A stretch of 51,810 nucleotides of DNA, filler included, from Sphacelaria rigidula (taxonomy: Eukaryota): assembly GCA_964200075.2 (NCBI GenBank). It is 4 parts of 4 records of this genome, joined end to end, with 100 filler letters (N's around TTAATTAATTAA, not from the genome) between each part and the next. Parts side by side here need not be neighbours in the genome. Positions count along the whole stretch, not along the records: positions 12,979 to 25,856 come from CAXNAA020003341.1; positions 25,957 to 38,834 come from CAXNAA020003342.1; 2 more parts are not named here. One strand, written 5' to 3'. How positions within the stretch are numbered: the stretch's first letter is position 1; every line of letters starts with the position of its first letter. The notes below the pieces were generated by a model. It did no database searches, was not told the origin of the DNA, and was given only the letters and a program-made list of their open reading frames with translations. A program made the position numbers and the translations under genes. Shown here piece by piece: positions 13,441-26,030 of this stretch.

Positions 13441-13510
13441 CACGGGGTTCGGAACCCCAATCTTCCGCCCTGACGGCCTTCCGTTGTCACCAGTTAGACC
13501 ACCCGGGCCC
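13441..13510 (-). repeat. tRNA-derived SINE-like head
   Basis: Minus strand GGCCCGGGTGGTCTAACTGG (A-box-like) ... GGGGTTCCGAACCCC (B-box-like). Related copy on + at ~30946-31020. No clean cloverleaf. Confidence 0.55.
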
Positions 13511-13617
13511 GGAAGCAGCACCGTGGGAAAATCATCATTTGGGGGTAACATACACTTTAACCTGCGATACTAGTAAGAAAGATGAAGTTTTTGCCATGAT
13601 AAACAAAGCACGGGAAC

Positions 13618-13865
13618 CGTAGGTAAGGTACCGTACCGACCGTACCCCCGGTATATACCGGGGTATCTCATACAGTGGTATGCGTGGGTATCGTAGGTAT
13701 GAGTTTTGGACATACCTGATTGAGCAGGTACGATAAGTATTGCAATCTCGAAATACCGTGGTATTGTAGGTATCGTTGGTACGACATTTGAAAATACCCG
13801 ATTGGGTCGGTATCGGTAGGGTATCGGATGTCCCAAATACCAGTACCGGGTACCTGCCTTACCCT
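13618..13865. repeat. GGTA/TACC-rich MITE-like repeat; second, deleted copy at ~14780-14920
   Basis: Shared GGTATGCGTGGGTATCGTAGGTA...GGTATCGGTAGGGTAT...GATGTCCxAAATACCxGTAC.GGGTACCTxCCTTACC; ends are loosely inverted. Confidence 0.7.
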
Positions 13866-15008
13866 CTATACCGACTTTGAAACTATCATCCGGCAGTGCG
13901 GAGAAGTGCTTTAGGGCGTGACTGAGCACCTGTTTTTTCGATCGAAAAAATTGGGCGGTGCACTTGATTTGAGCGAAAATCGCTCATTTTTGCCGAGTTG
14001 GTTCCAAGCGAATTTCAAGCTTTCGATCGAAAAATGACTGAAATTCGTGAAATAGTACACGGTCACAGTCTATACTGTCTGTACTGCCTGCAGCAGTGTG
14101 TCTTGCGTGCGTGTGTATGTGTTTCGTACAGAGGATTCTACAGAGAAGCGGGACACATACAGTGCAGACAGCCCAGGGCTATCAGTTCTCTCTGCTTACA
14201 ATGCGGCGTGAAAATGACTTCAACGAGGTGCAGCTTTGTACTGCCTGCACTGCCTTTGAGGGTGTACGCAATTCGGTTGCCCACCGCACCACGCAGTTCT
14301 TTCGCTGCTTCTACCGTGCAAGAAGATGCGCGAGTTTTCGCCAACAAAAAATAAACAAAGCGTTCCCAACTAATGCAGAGTATCTGTCCCTGTGCTTAAC
14401 TCGTACTCGATGCTGCAGGGTTGCGGTGGCAGCTGAGAATGAGTTGGCTTAAAGGTTGCATGGTCCTGTCAACAGGTGTTATCTGGCGTGGTGGTCTGTA
14501 AGATAGGAGTCAAGCTTAGCTTTGTTGTTTTGTTCTATTTCTCCGCGCGCCACAAAATATAAGTTTGAGTTGAAGCCTTCTGAGAACAAAAATGCGGTGG
14601 GCCTATCAGATCGGGAAAAAAAATCGACCGCACATGAGACTACATAATAATGGGTCCAAACACGATAATCAGAGGGAATCCGGGTATATGTTACTTGTGA
14701 AAAGAAGACGTACCTTCTCCGACAACCTCTGGCCTTTGCTCAAGTTGGGGGCAGCTGCTACACCGTGGAGAGTGCATCGCGTCCGGTATTTACCGGGGTA
14801 TTCCATACGATGGTATGCGTGGGTATCGTAGGTACGGGTTTCGAAAATACCTGATTGAACCGGTATCGGTAGGGTATGAGATGTCCGAAATACCGGTACA
14901 GGGTACCTACCTTACCTACGGTGCCTGTGGAACAAAGGACGGATGACAACCTGTAGCCACAGTATCAATCTGAGCCTAAAAATGCAAGCAAACGCCCGAA
15001 ATTCTCAC

Positions 15009-18000
15009 TGTTTGGCCAAGGAGAGCAGGTACTCCTTGGTGTGTGAGAAACGCCCGGACGTGAGCAGCCGCCAGCCCTTGCACCCCTGCAACAACAAATG
15101 CAACGCAGGTGCGAACAAAGGATGGGTCCCAGTTAATGCTTTACATCTAATTGTATTATGCACGGCATATTGCCGTACTAACTAAACACCACAAAACTGA
15201 ACGGCGACAAAGCAAGTGCCGTCGACGCCTGGCGAGCCCTGGAATGCGATATTAACCGAATCAAAACGTCGGCTTCTTTCCGCTTACAGAACGTCGGGGA
15301 GACATCAACCTCCGGCCCGAGGTTTTCGATCTGGATCATGCCACCGACTGCAAAGGTGGACGCCGCTGAGGAACGTGTCGCGTGAACCATCTCTCCGAGA
15401 TATTTCCCGAACGGAATCTCATGGCTGTTCGGGGGCTTGTCTGCAGGAAAATTGGAAAATGTCCCTTGTGTTCTGCATCGATCAGGAAACATCCTCCGTC
15501 ACGTAGGTAAACCTTGCACACCTCGGACAGATCATGATCTGTCTGAAAATTACTTCATCTGAGTATACCGATCGGGATCGCTTGGTCTCCTTTTTCCATG
15601 CGTGATTCCTACAGCGCCGGACTACGAGCACGCCGAGTAGCGCAAAGGTTACGCTTTGGCTTCACTGACTTCGCGGTCATTTTTTTTGTGTGTGTGTGTT
15701 TCTGGACCAACGGATCCCAGAAGTCTTCTTCCATCACGTATGCTAGATGGAACACAACAACCTCCAAGCCGTTAACCAAGCCTAGAGGATGTTTACCGCA
15801 CTGCATGAGCAACCGCATACAGAGTTCAACACACGGTAGGGTAATGACGTGCGTGGATTCAACTAGAGTATCCTTGCGGTCAGGAGGACGCGTTGTGTGT
15901 GAAGTCCGATCAAGCAGTGGCTCAGCACATCCTAGACGCCAGTGATCTGCCCGAGGAACAGCTAACGACCATTACACTGGAGTCCTGGCAGGCGCGCCTT
16001 TACCCACATACAAGAGTACAGTACACTGCGGCCGGATGTAGCTTCACTCATTTCGCCAGGTGACTGTTCTCCAATTGTTTTCACAGCATTGGCCTCGAAC
16101 ACACGAATTACCAACCCGTCGAGCAGGCGCGACTTGCGTAGGGAAGTTCCCGATTATTTCAGGGTTCAGCCGCACTTAACCCTTAGACCGCGGTGCGGGT
16201 AGTCCATCTGGATTATGCATGCTTTCTTCGAGTGAATATTGATGCCGATTCAGCTAGTGACGTACCCTGGCGGCCAAGTGTTTAACTTACAGCGCCCGAC
16301 ACTTTCTGTTCCGAGAATAAGGTCCGCCAGTCCCGCGGACATTTGAAGAGATGCAACTGTATGCGATGACGTCCCTTTCATCACCCCCGTGCACAAAATC
16401 AGACAGCAAAACAAGCTTTCTTCTGTGCGGTGTGGGAAGTGCAACAGTCATGTCGATGGTGAAGCAGGCGGGTTGGAGGTGTGCGACGTCGTCCTTCTAC
16501 TATGAACACTTGCACAACGGCGCCCCCGTAGGCTGAGACTTGTAAAGCTTTCCCACAGATCATGATACCACACGCGGTGGTGGTACGGTCCCTGCTCCCG
16601 GTGTTCTCCATCCACACGAGATGACTGTACGGTACTGTGCTGACTGCACACCGCACTGTACTCACCACGACAAGATTATTTGGGAAGCAAGGACCCGGCG
16701 AGACCATGTTCCCTCCCTTTTCATGTTGACGTTGTTGCTTCGATCAGAGCAATTATTCCGAACCGCCGGACATACGCCTCCGAAATAGGTAGGTCCATGA
16801 TGGGTCAGCTGCACGACTGAGTGCGTGGAGGGTTGACCTTTTGTCGTCACAGCCGCCAACCCCCAACACCCTACCGCGACCAAAAATGTGCGAGTCTCCT
16901 AATCCTTGTATTTACAGTAGAGGGATTAGATGAAGGCTTCAAAGTGTGCGAGAGGACACCAGCGGCGTTGTAACAACAACCGGTCTCTTAACACGTGCGC
17001 TTTTCTTTTTTTTTTCCCATCGCACGTTGAACTCCTCCCCTTCTTCGGGATGATACCGTGGTCTCCAGGGATTAGCGCATCTCCCCCCCGGTACGCGCCT
17101 TGCATTCTGGTCTCGCGGGTTGGGTCAGCACTCCCGCACCTGGTGGGCGGAATGGTGTTTTGGCAACAGTGTCGACATGCCTACCTCTCTCCCGGGGAGT
17201 ACAGGCACATTCAAATTGTGAGCCTGCTCTTTGTGTTTACTTTTGTGCTGCACACGTGCACACGACTCGTCGGGAATGAAGCTTAACCCTTTTGGGACCG
17301 ACCCCCCAATAACACAGGGTTGACCATGTGTTGGCGAAACAATAAAAAAATAAGTCAGGGAGCGACCTGCTCAATCAAGGCGAGGCGAAATTCATCGACC
17401 AGACCCGAACGACCAGCGCGGGGATTGTTGGCGAGTGTGATGCCACTGCAAAGGTCGTGTGGGGGCCCTATCCCTGGCCCAGATGAGCCTTCCCAGGTTT
17501 CCAAATGCAGGGTGGTCGCAGCTTGGTTTTATGGTATTACTTGCATTTAGTATAACATTCCCGAGATTTTCCGGGGGCGGGGGTGCTGACCCACCAGGGG
17601 GTAGGGTGGCAATTCTTTACTAAAACGTAGTAATTTACAACAACACAGGGTGGAGTGGAAAAACCGGGAAGGAGTGTACATGCTACAATGTGGTCATTTT
17701 CACGAGGCGATAAATCCAGGTGGGCCGTGGAAAGACAAAAGGAGCTACCGTCATGAATTCTGTCTATCCCTCTGCCGATGGCTTGCAGGGTGCAGTTGAC
17801 ATGAATGCAGTGGGCGGGGGTGAAGAAGCGGTATATAGGCAGTTGATCTCGGTAGCTGAGAATTGCCCAGAACGTACAAGGGAGTATGTAGCGGCAGCTG
17901 CTGCTGCAGTCGGAGAGGCGTACTACACTGTACTGTATTACACTATATGCATGCGCGCCGCAACGCTGATACCCTTCGAAGAGAATTTGCCGCATGCAAC

Positions 18001-21000
18001 ACAGAGGGAAATCGAGGGCCAGCCCGACCACAAAGGGCTATGTAGCAAGGTGATGGGGACAATAGTATCATCCAAAGCCACGAGTGGCGGGCGGCCCGCC
18101 GGTCGCCGCATCCTGTTGGAAGCTCTCTACAGCGACCCGTACTGCGTGCTACATCAGATGCACACTACCTAATGCGCACCCTGCACCTGCAAATGATTGG
18201 ATGAAACTTTTGGTCTTCGCCATAACCCTGCGGTTACATGCGCGGGTTTTCAGCAAGTCGCCACTGTTTCGTGCAGATGTCAGACACGTCATTCCCAACC
18301 AGCCTCATTGGTCGTTCTGGAGGCCCGGTCCCAAAAGAGTTGGCCCGCATTTGGGGCCATTTTCCACGTGTTCAACCCTGGCATAGTTCATGCCGATTCT
18401 TTTAAGCAACGAAGTGACGGCACTTCAGTCTACAAATTTGTGTGGTACTTGATAATGATCCTTTTTGCGTAAACGGACCTCCGTTTAACGTAGATGCTCA
18501 CAGGGTATGACCAAAGATTTATGCCTCCAACCGCTAGACTCGTACAGCAATTGTTCCGAGTACCCCGAAATGCCGCTCGATTAGCGACCCCGACGCTGAC
18601 GAAAATTAGTCGTCATATCACACACAAATTGTAAAGCAACCTGCACATGTCTTCCATTCCGCTTTGTTGATTGTTGGCAAATTTTGGCGTTGTTTTCTTG
18701 TCTCCCTGCTCGGCCACTGCGCTTTCAGAGAGGGGAGGGTAGAGGAGAGTAAGTGTTTGCAAGCGAAAAGTATGCGCATAGGAGAGACACGTCGAGCACA
18801 CACACAGCGCCACTGGGAAGAAGCACATCGCCCCAGCTCTTCAAGACGGATATACGGTAGCTGGCGAGGCGCACTCTGAGATCGCCAATTCGCCATTCCC
18901 AGTCGATGTTTGTCATACGGGCCGTAGTAGTAGCAGTACCTGGGCAGCTCATGATTGCAGTCGATGAAGGCTGGTTGTTTTTCTTGGTCTGTGGATGCTG
19001 ACAACACGGACACTGCGCATGGCCCTACACCACTGCAATGGCTTCTTCTGGTTCGTGCGACCTCACTTTTCATGGAGGTGAAACAGAATGTTTTTCCGAT
19101 GGCCGAATTCTGATGTGTGCTGAATTCGCGGTCTGAAGGCGAGGAGCACAGTGCGATGCCCACGCAGTCACAATTCTCGCTCTCGGACGGTTGGACAGCA
19201 CACGGATACACGTGACGAGCACGGACACACATGCACACTCACACTTGTCACAGGCGAAATACGATTCACCCCCTGCGGATATTGTCCCTATGCCGCAGTG
19301 TCTTTCAGGAGGGCATGAGGACTGGGCTATACCCAACCTAACTCTATCGAAATAGGTAGTCGCAGCTCCTTTCGTTTGAAGTACCCGCTGCAACGTGAAA
19401 CTTCTCATGTCACGATATCGGAACGAAAATAGCCCACCTTTGTCGCGTCGCATTCTTCCGGCGTCGCCAGCTCACAGGTGAAAGCAAAAACGCCTCCGTC
19501 CTCCAAGTACGCTCGCGTCGCTGAAAACACGTCTTCCAAATCCCCAATATATCTGCCGTTCGACGCGCGTCGAAAATCAGTCCATACTTTGCTTTCAGAT
19601 TCGGTCCGCGTGGCAAAGTAGTTTGGCAGATTTGATCATGTCTTCGGGTGAAATCCAAGAAACGGGCACAACGAATTTCAGAATGAAGGGTCAATGAGTA
19701 CGGTGAAACCGATCTTTATCTATTTCATATTCCAAAACCATTTCCAATCTGCACTTTCAGAGATGGAAGCAGCTTTCACTGACGAAGGCATGGCTATCGA
19801 GAGAAGTGTCCAAGAGAACATTCGAACGGTACAGCCGACTGTTGGTGTGATGTGCACTGTCATCATTGAAGGAACAAAATTCGAAGAACGATTTCGTTCA
19901 AGATAGTCGTAGAACGACCTACGCACATAGGTATTACAACCTGGGTCTTCACGGCGGCGGAATCAAAATCGCATCGACACGCAACCGGCCTGCATGTGTT
20001 ATTCTGCCCACGCCGACGAAACACAACAAAGTTTCTCAGTGTACTACTGTATGATACGGTGTATATCACCCCCGGCGACGAAAACGTTACTCAACTCTGT
20101 TGGCGCTTTACACCAGGCCCTGCTCTGACCCATGATCTCCTTGACTGAATAGCAAATCTCGACAAGGTGCTTCCCAGCAACACAATGAAAGTTTCGGTGG
20201 TTGCGTGGTCGCTGTTTTTGCGAGAAAATTGACTAGGTTTTGCATCGCCCCGGCGACACACACTGTGTCTATTCATGTATATGTAGAGTCCGTGTCCCAG
20301 GTTGACTATCGAGCGTAAAAACAGAGGCGAAAAACGTGCGTTTTGTTCAGACACCAAAACCCACGCGCGGCAATGATGACATTAAAAAGATGCCCACTGG
20401 TTTCATGTGGCGATCGATACTTTCGACGCAGGCAAGACGCAACAAGCAAAGCAAAGGCACGCACATGTCATGTACAGAGACCGTTCACTACCGCATAAAG
20501 GGATTGACTACTCCAATTGTCGGCGCCTTATGCCGAGACGAGCGAGTATACTCGTCAACTTGTTGTTTCACAAGGCACGGAAGCCAATTTCAACAAAAAT
20601 CTGGACTCACACGAAGACATCAGCCGCCACGACAAGGTCGCCATGGTGTCCCTCATCAGCTCGCTGTATCGTCCCCGCGATCGAATATCGACAATCGGCC
20701 AAAACATCGGACATGCAAAAATCGGCGCGAGTGAAAAATGACAGCACATACAACATGAAAAGTCAATACAGTGGGAAAGGCAGTCAAGTCCACTCGATGG
20801 AAAATGACAGTAGCAGAGTGAAAATGGAGGTGGCGCGGTGGAAAATGACGATGCGTGATGAACAGTAACTGATACGGTGCAAAATAAAGTTGCACGGAAT
20901 GAAAAAATGACAGTACATCCAGTACAGCGTCGGCACGACACGATGGAAAATGGCACTACCGTGGGACGTGACCATGTGATGAAGTCTGCAACATTGGGTT

Positions 21001-24000
21001 CTCGGCGTTATGCAGACGTACGTCGTACATCACATGCACGAGTTTCATCGATAGAGGACCAATTCCGTGGGGAACATGCACGTGCACATATCACTCCTGG
21101 TACACCCAGACAGCACGTAGCAGCAGCAGCAGTCAGTCCGAAAGATTCCTCGCGTCGAATGTAGAAATATCGACGTCACAAACTGTACACTCCGAGCGTT
21201 CTACAAGAGCGTGGCCTTAGATTGAATGATACACTTGACGAACACCGGCACGTGTCGAGTATACACCCTTCTGTTCTGGCTCAAGTGTGAACGAGCTTTC
21301 AACACAAAAGATGGTGAATCGCGGGCACGAACAACTTCAACCTCTGATCGCCAGCGTGGTGGAATCGTCATAATTTCCACTATAAACTCATTGAACGACC
21401 AAGATGACATACCCGACCGAACCGATCGCAAGGTCAACCTCTTGGCTGCGGGGTACTCAGCTCGAGTCCGGGTACAACCAGCCATGTCAAATGCGAGCCT
21501 TTGTGTCTCCCTCGTTTCTCACTGCGGACACTGCTCCAGACAAGATTCCAAAAATATTCAAAGCATCAACATTTTCCCACTTGCTTCCCTTCCTTGGAAT
21601 CCAACCGCGATCTTCTACTTTATCCACACTCGATCGTGAAAATTTGCGAAAAACAATCAATTGAACGAAACAAAAGGCGCAAATATTTTCATACACTTGA
21701 CAATGGATTACATTGGCAAAAAGTATACTGCGTGCAGTTTCGAATAATGAGTCTAATACATTATTAGAGCTTCTTCAGAGCGTCAAATCAAACATAACAC
21801 AGAGCCGGAAAATTGAGATATCAAGTGAGTGTGTGAGCTCTCGTTCACTTGTCGCTCGTCGAGTACCGTACATGTCCTCCCTCCTGTGGAGGAGGGAGCA
21901 AACGGATAAATGCTTATCGTTCAACGATAAAAGGGGCAAAGAAGATTTCACCGCGTTGCCAGCCCCCCTTCCCGTCTAGTCTACGAGTGCATCGCCCACG
22001 TTTGGCGTCGTGGTTATTTTACATAACAGCTACCATAAAGGGAGATGCATCATTCCCCACATTGCGAAAATAGTGTCATCTTGACCTCCCCCCTCTATCG
22101 TTGAACGACTCTAGGGGCATCTTCTCCCTGTACGATCTTCAGGTCTTTATACATTTTCTTCAAGGATTTTCACGTACCGGGTAAGCTCTCCCACGGCCGT
22201 CTCTGAAGCGGGCACGAGTATCACATGACCATATTTAACCGGACTCAAAAAGAGAGAATCTCCCATGATCATCTCTGTACAGGGGTGCAAAGTCTTACGT
22301 GAAATCTCTAAACCGGGTACAAAGTCGGGTATGAACCACATTCAAACCGTTCCGGGAACGAGGACACGCGAAAAATACAGGTGATGCCGATCATGAAAAA
22401 GGCCTTGAATTATCGATCCGTTTTGCATTTGTTTCAGGACGGCCACATCAGGAACCCAGGAGCCTGCCTGCCGGGAATAGCCCTAACTGCAACTATACGC
22501 ACCGCCCGCAGAATTTCTCCGATCTCTCCCACCGCCAACGCGTCGTATATATCTGAGGAACAGAAAAAAAACAAGAATGATCAGTCGCAACGGGCCGGGG
22601 AAAAATTGACTTCACTCTCGCGGATATCATTCGAAAACAGATCATTTTTCCAGGGGCGACATGACTTGATTTCTCGACACCACGGGCTCGTCCGGAACAC
22701 AGGAGCAGACGTGCTGGGGGCCATGGGGGGGCGGGGGCGGTGGGTCATGTTGAAACTGTCGCAGGGACCAATGAAAAGCAGCAAAAAACACAAACCTCGC
22801 AAGCAAATGCGGCAGGAAACAAAACGCGAGCGGTGCTACTTCGTGCGCACTGCATCAGACTGAATCATTACGCAATTATAGGACAGGTACAGAGAGGTGC
22901 TCTGGCATATAATACGGAACACCAAAGTCTGTGGGCGAAAAAAAAAAAAGCGTGCGACTGCAAGATGCGTCAGTATCCACACAAGAGAACCCACAAACAG
23001 CACACGACAACACCGTAACGCTGATCGCGCCGGCAGCACTGTACGGACGCATGCACGGCTATGTCCGCACGTCGTATGTAACAGGAGAGAACAAAAACAA
23101 TACAACACCCCGATGGCAGTGGGTCCTTCTAGAAGAGGTTTCCATAGCAGAACCGGGTTGAGAACATATTCTACAGCATGAACAAGTCTTCAAGAGCTCA
23201 TGTTAGAGCACGGGTTCTAGGTTCTAGAAGGGGTCGTAGATGGTGCACATTCGACAACGGCCCATGCCTTTCAACGTATCCGTGCTTCTCACCGTACCGT
23301 TTTTTTCCGGCACGAGGGAGTTGCCTGGATACTATTCTGGTTCATTTTTAGTAAAGATTGATTGATTGTCGCACTTTAACTGACCGCCCATGGGTCCAGC
23401 CGTGGTCGCATAAAAGACGTACCCAAGAAAAGCAAAACTGACACACTCGCTCAAGAAAACAACGAACAGAAAAAAAAACTAATTATTTGCAACGGGATTC
23501 CACAGCAGCGAGATCACGCGGTCGTGCGCGAGGTGCGCCACGCGCTCAACAGTTAATATTGCAGGATTTGATCTGCCATATTCGCAGACATTTTGGTGCA
23601 CGCAGCAGAACGACGCATGAAAGAGGGGGTACATGACCGTCCTTTCTCGCCACCTCCACAAAATGATGCCTACCCTACCCCCCGCATCGGCTCAACACTT
23701 CAACGATTTGCAACGCGTGCGAACCACACTTTCTACAGGTTCATCCATTGTCCCTCCGGGTCTACGAAGGTCAGCCACCGTTAAAAGATACCCGGGACTG
23801 CCAACATAAACACCTCCGCAACGATCAGCATTGCCCAACATAAATAAGACGAGGCAGTAGACGAAAAACATTCAACTATATATATATATATATATATGCG
23901 TGCCAACACAAGCAACGAACATTAAACATGAACTACACGGGAGCAGTTACGGGAACAGTGACTCACTCCTCTCAAGTGCGGCGTCCAGCATCCCCTCGCT

Positions 24001-24023
24001 CAAGTCCACCCCAATCAAGTAGT
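15009..24023 (-). CDS. Class I SAM-dependent methyltransferase (COG4976 'predicted TPR methyltransferase'-like), partial: 5 internal exons
   Basis: Exons (minus): 24023-23967, 22552-22503, 20663-20611, 19552-19438, 15085-15009; GT-AG, phases consistent. Spliced product: xYLIGVDLSEGMLDAALERNIYDALAVGEIGEILRARADEGHHGDLVVAADVFVYIGDLEDVFSATRAYLEDGGVFAFTCELATPEECDATKGCKGWRLLTSGRFSHTKEYLLSLAK. Family motifs GVDLSxxML, AADVFxYxGDL, GGxFAFxxE and GWxLxxSGRFxH. Motif I (LDLGCGTG) and the last exon were not found in the segment. Confidence 0.85.
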
Positions 24024-25856
24024 CTGCCCGAACGAAGCAAATGAAATCCAGAACAAAATTCGGAAAAAATGCGAACATGTTACATAAATACGTATTGAGA
24101 CCGAGCGTACACGCACTCATTTTTCATGTATATGGGAATGAATCGTAATCGTATACATGTGTGTGTGAGAGAGAGAGCTTCGTACAATAGCATGGTTTCA
24201 ACGGAACACAGACGCATGTGCCGCATGTTGATACAACCATGAAATGAAGGACGTAATAACAAGCGAACAACAAATGGCGTGAATATTCGTTTCTAGTTTG
24301 GCCCGGTGCGATCATATAACCCTTTTACTGCAAACGCGTCATCCTGTTCTCATTGTGCCCAACAATACAGATTGGTTGTAACCCGTGTGTCATGTTGCAA
24401 TGATCCTACATCAGATATTCATGACTGCGCTATATGCTCACGCAGCCGAAGTGTCAACCTTCTGCGCGCATGAACACAAGACAACTGGGACTTGACAGTC
24501 ATCCGAACCACGTGAAAAGTGCAACAGTAAGAAATGCTAATCGGGGCGCAAAACGTTCATGGGCTGTTCGATATCACTATAACGAACAGAGACAAAAAAA
24601 ATCCATATGGCCTTTTTTGTCCTGGAATGCTCCGCCCGGATACGCTTGGTTTGAGACTCAAACCTTTTCACGGGTGAGTCGCGCCCCCAGACGACGCCCT
24701 CCTCGTCCACACCCTACATACACTTGCTCACCATCCACACCCACCTCACAGCGGTGGCCTTCCCCTAGTGCTCTGAACGCATACACTCTATTCCTGATCT
24801 ATATATATATATATATACGGGGTTAGGATTAATATGTCCCGGCTCACTGATCTGACCGCGGGACCTTCCCTGAAATGTCCAGTGCAGTGGTGGTGCATTG
24901 GGGTTTGAAGCACCCGGCACAGCGATTGGCGCTGGAATCGCGCACGTAACCGCAGGGAACCGCGCGTGCAAAATCTATTCCTCGATAGAGTGTCCTCAGC
25001 AAAGCGCCGTTTTCAATAAATGCAAGTGGAACATAATCACAGACAGAAGGTACTCAGGGGGAAACCTCGGAGGGGGGGTCTGAATCGGTCGCGGAGTGAG
25101 ATTGTTTCGGTGCGTGCGCATGTGCAAGTGTGATGCACTCCGACATGATATGTTGATAAAAACGCCCCCGCTTGTGTACACAGCCGCACAGAGATCCCAA
25201 GGTAAAAGAGCACGGCACGTACTGGAACAGACAACATCATGATGGCTGAGTTATGCTCTTCTCTTCCTCTGTTGTGTTGATTGAATTGATACCGCCATGT
25301 TCGCCGTACCGCCTCTACAGCCTCCGTCCGCTGCGACTCGAACTTGTGCGTCGGGAACACACGGACAAGTGTCCCTCACTCCAGGGTCGGTCATATGTTG
25401 TATCAGCATACCTTTCACTTGAAAAAATGAACGCAAAACCCAGATTATCCAATCGGAAGTCGAACGGTTCAACTTTAGAGCCAGTGGTAGCAAGAGGTGG
25501 CCACCTCCAGAGATTTTAGCTTGAAATATGAAAAAGCATGACACCACCTTGGCGATCAAGAGCCACCCGGCGGGAAGAGGCGACGCTCTCCGAAGGAGAA
25601 TTCGGATACTTGGCGATACCCACAAACGAAGGGGTGGACGCGGCGGGGGGCACAGAGAAGATAACACTATACCATACTGTACGGCACTTCTTTATAATGT
25701 GTTGTACGTTGTACTTCGGCTTTGTATCTACCCAGACGACAGCCACCCTCAGGATGGGTCATTTGTGTTTCATGGGCGTAATTTCTTTCTTCCCTCACAC
25801 TTTGAACCCCTCCCCTTCCTCGGGATGAGTCCGTGGTCTCAAGGGATCAACCCATC

Positions 25857-25956
25857 NNNNNNNNNNNNNNNNNNNNNNNNNNNNNNNNNNNNNNNNNNNN
25901 TTAATTAATTAANNNNNNNNNNNNNNNNNNNNNNNNNNNNNNNNNNNNNNNNNNNN
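25857..25956. other. Artificial 100-nt spacer
   Basis: Ns with central TTAATTAATTAA. Confidence 0.97.
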
Positions 25957-26030
25957 GACTATGGCAGGCGGGATCAGGAGCACCCCCCCCCCCCCCCCCC
26001 CCGTCGGTATATCCAGACATCATGACGTAC

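Noticed and set aside
13441-13510. Functional tRNA gene
   Set aside because: A/B boxes are present but there is no convincing acceptor/anticodon stem, and the B-box has an extra base.
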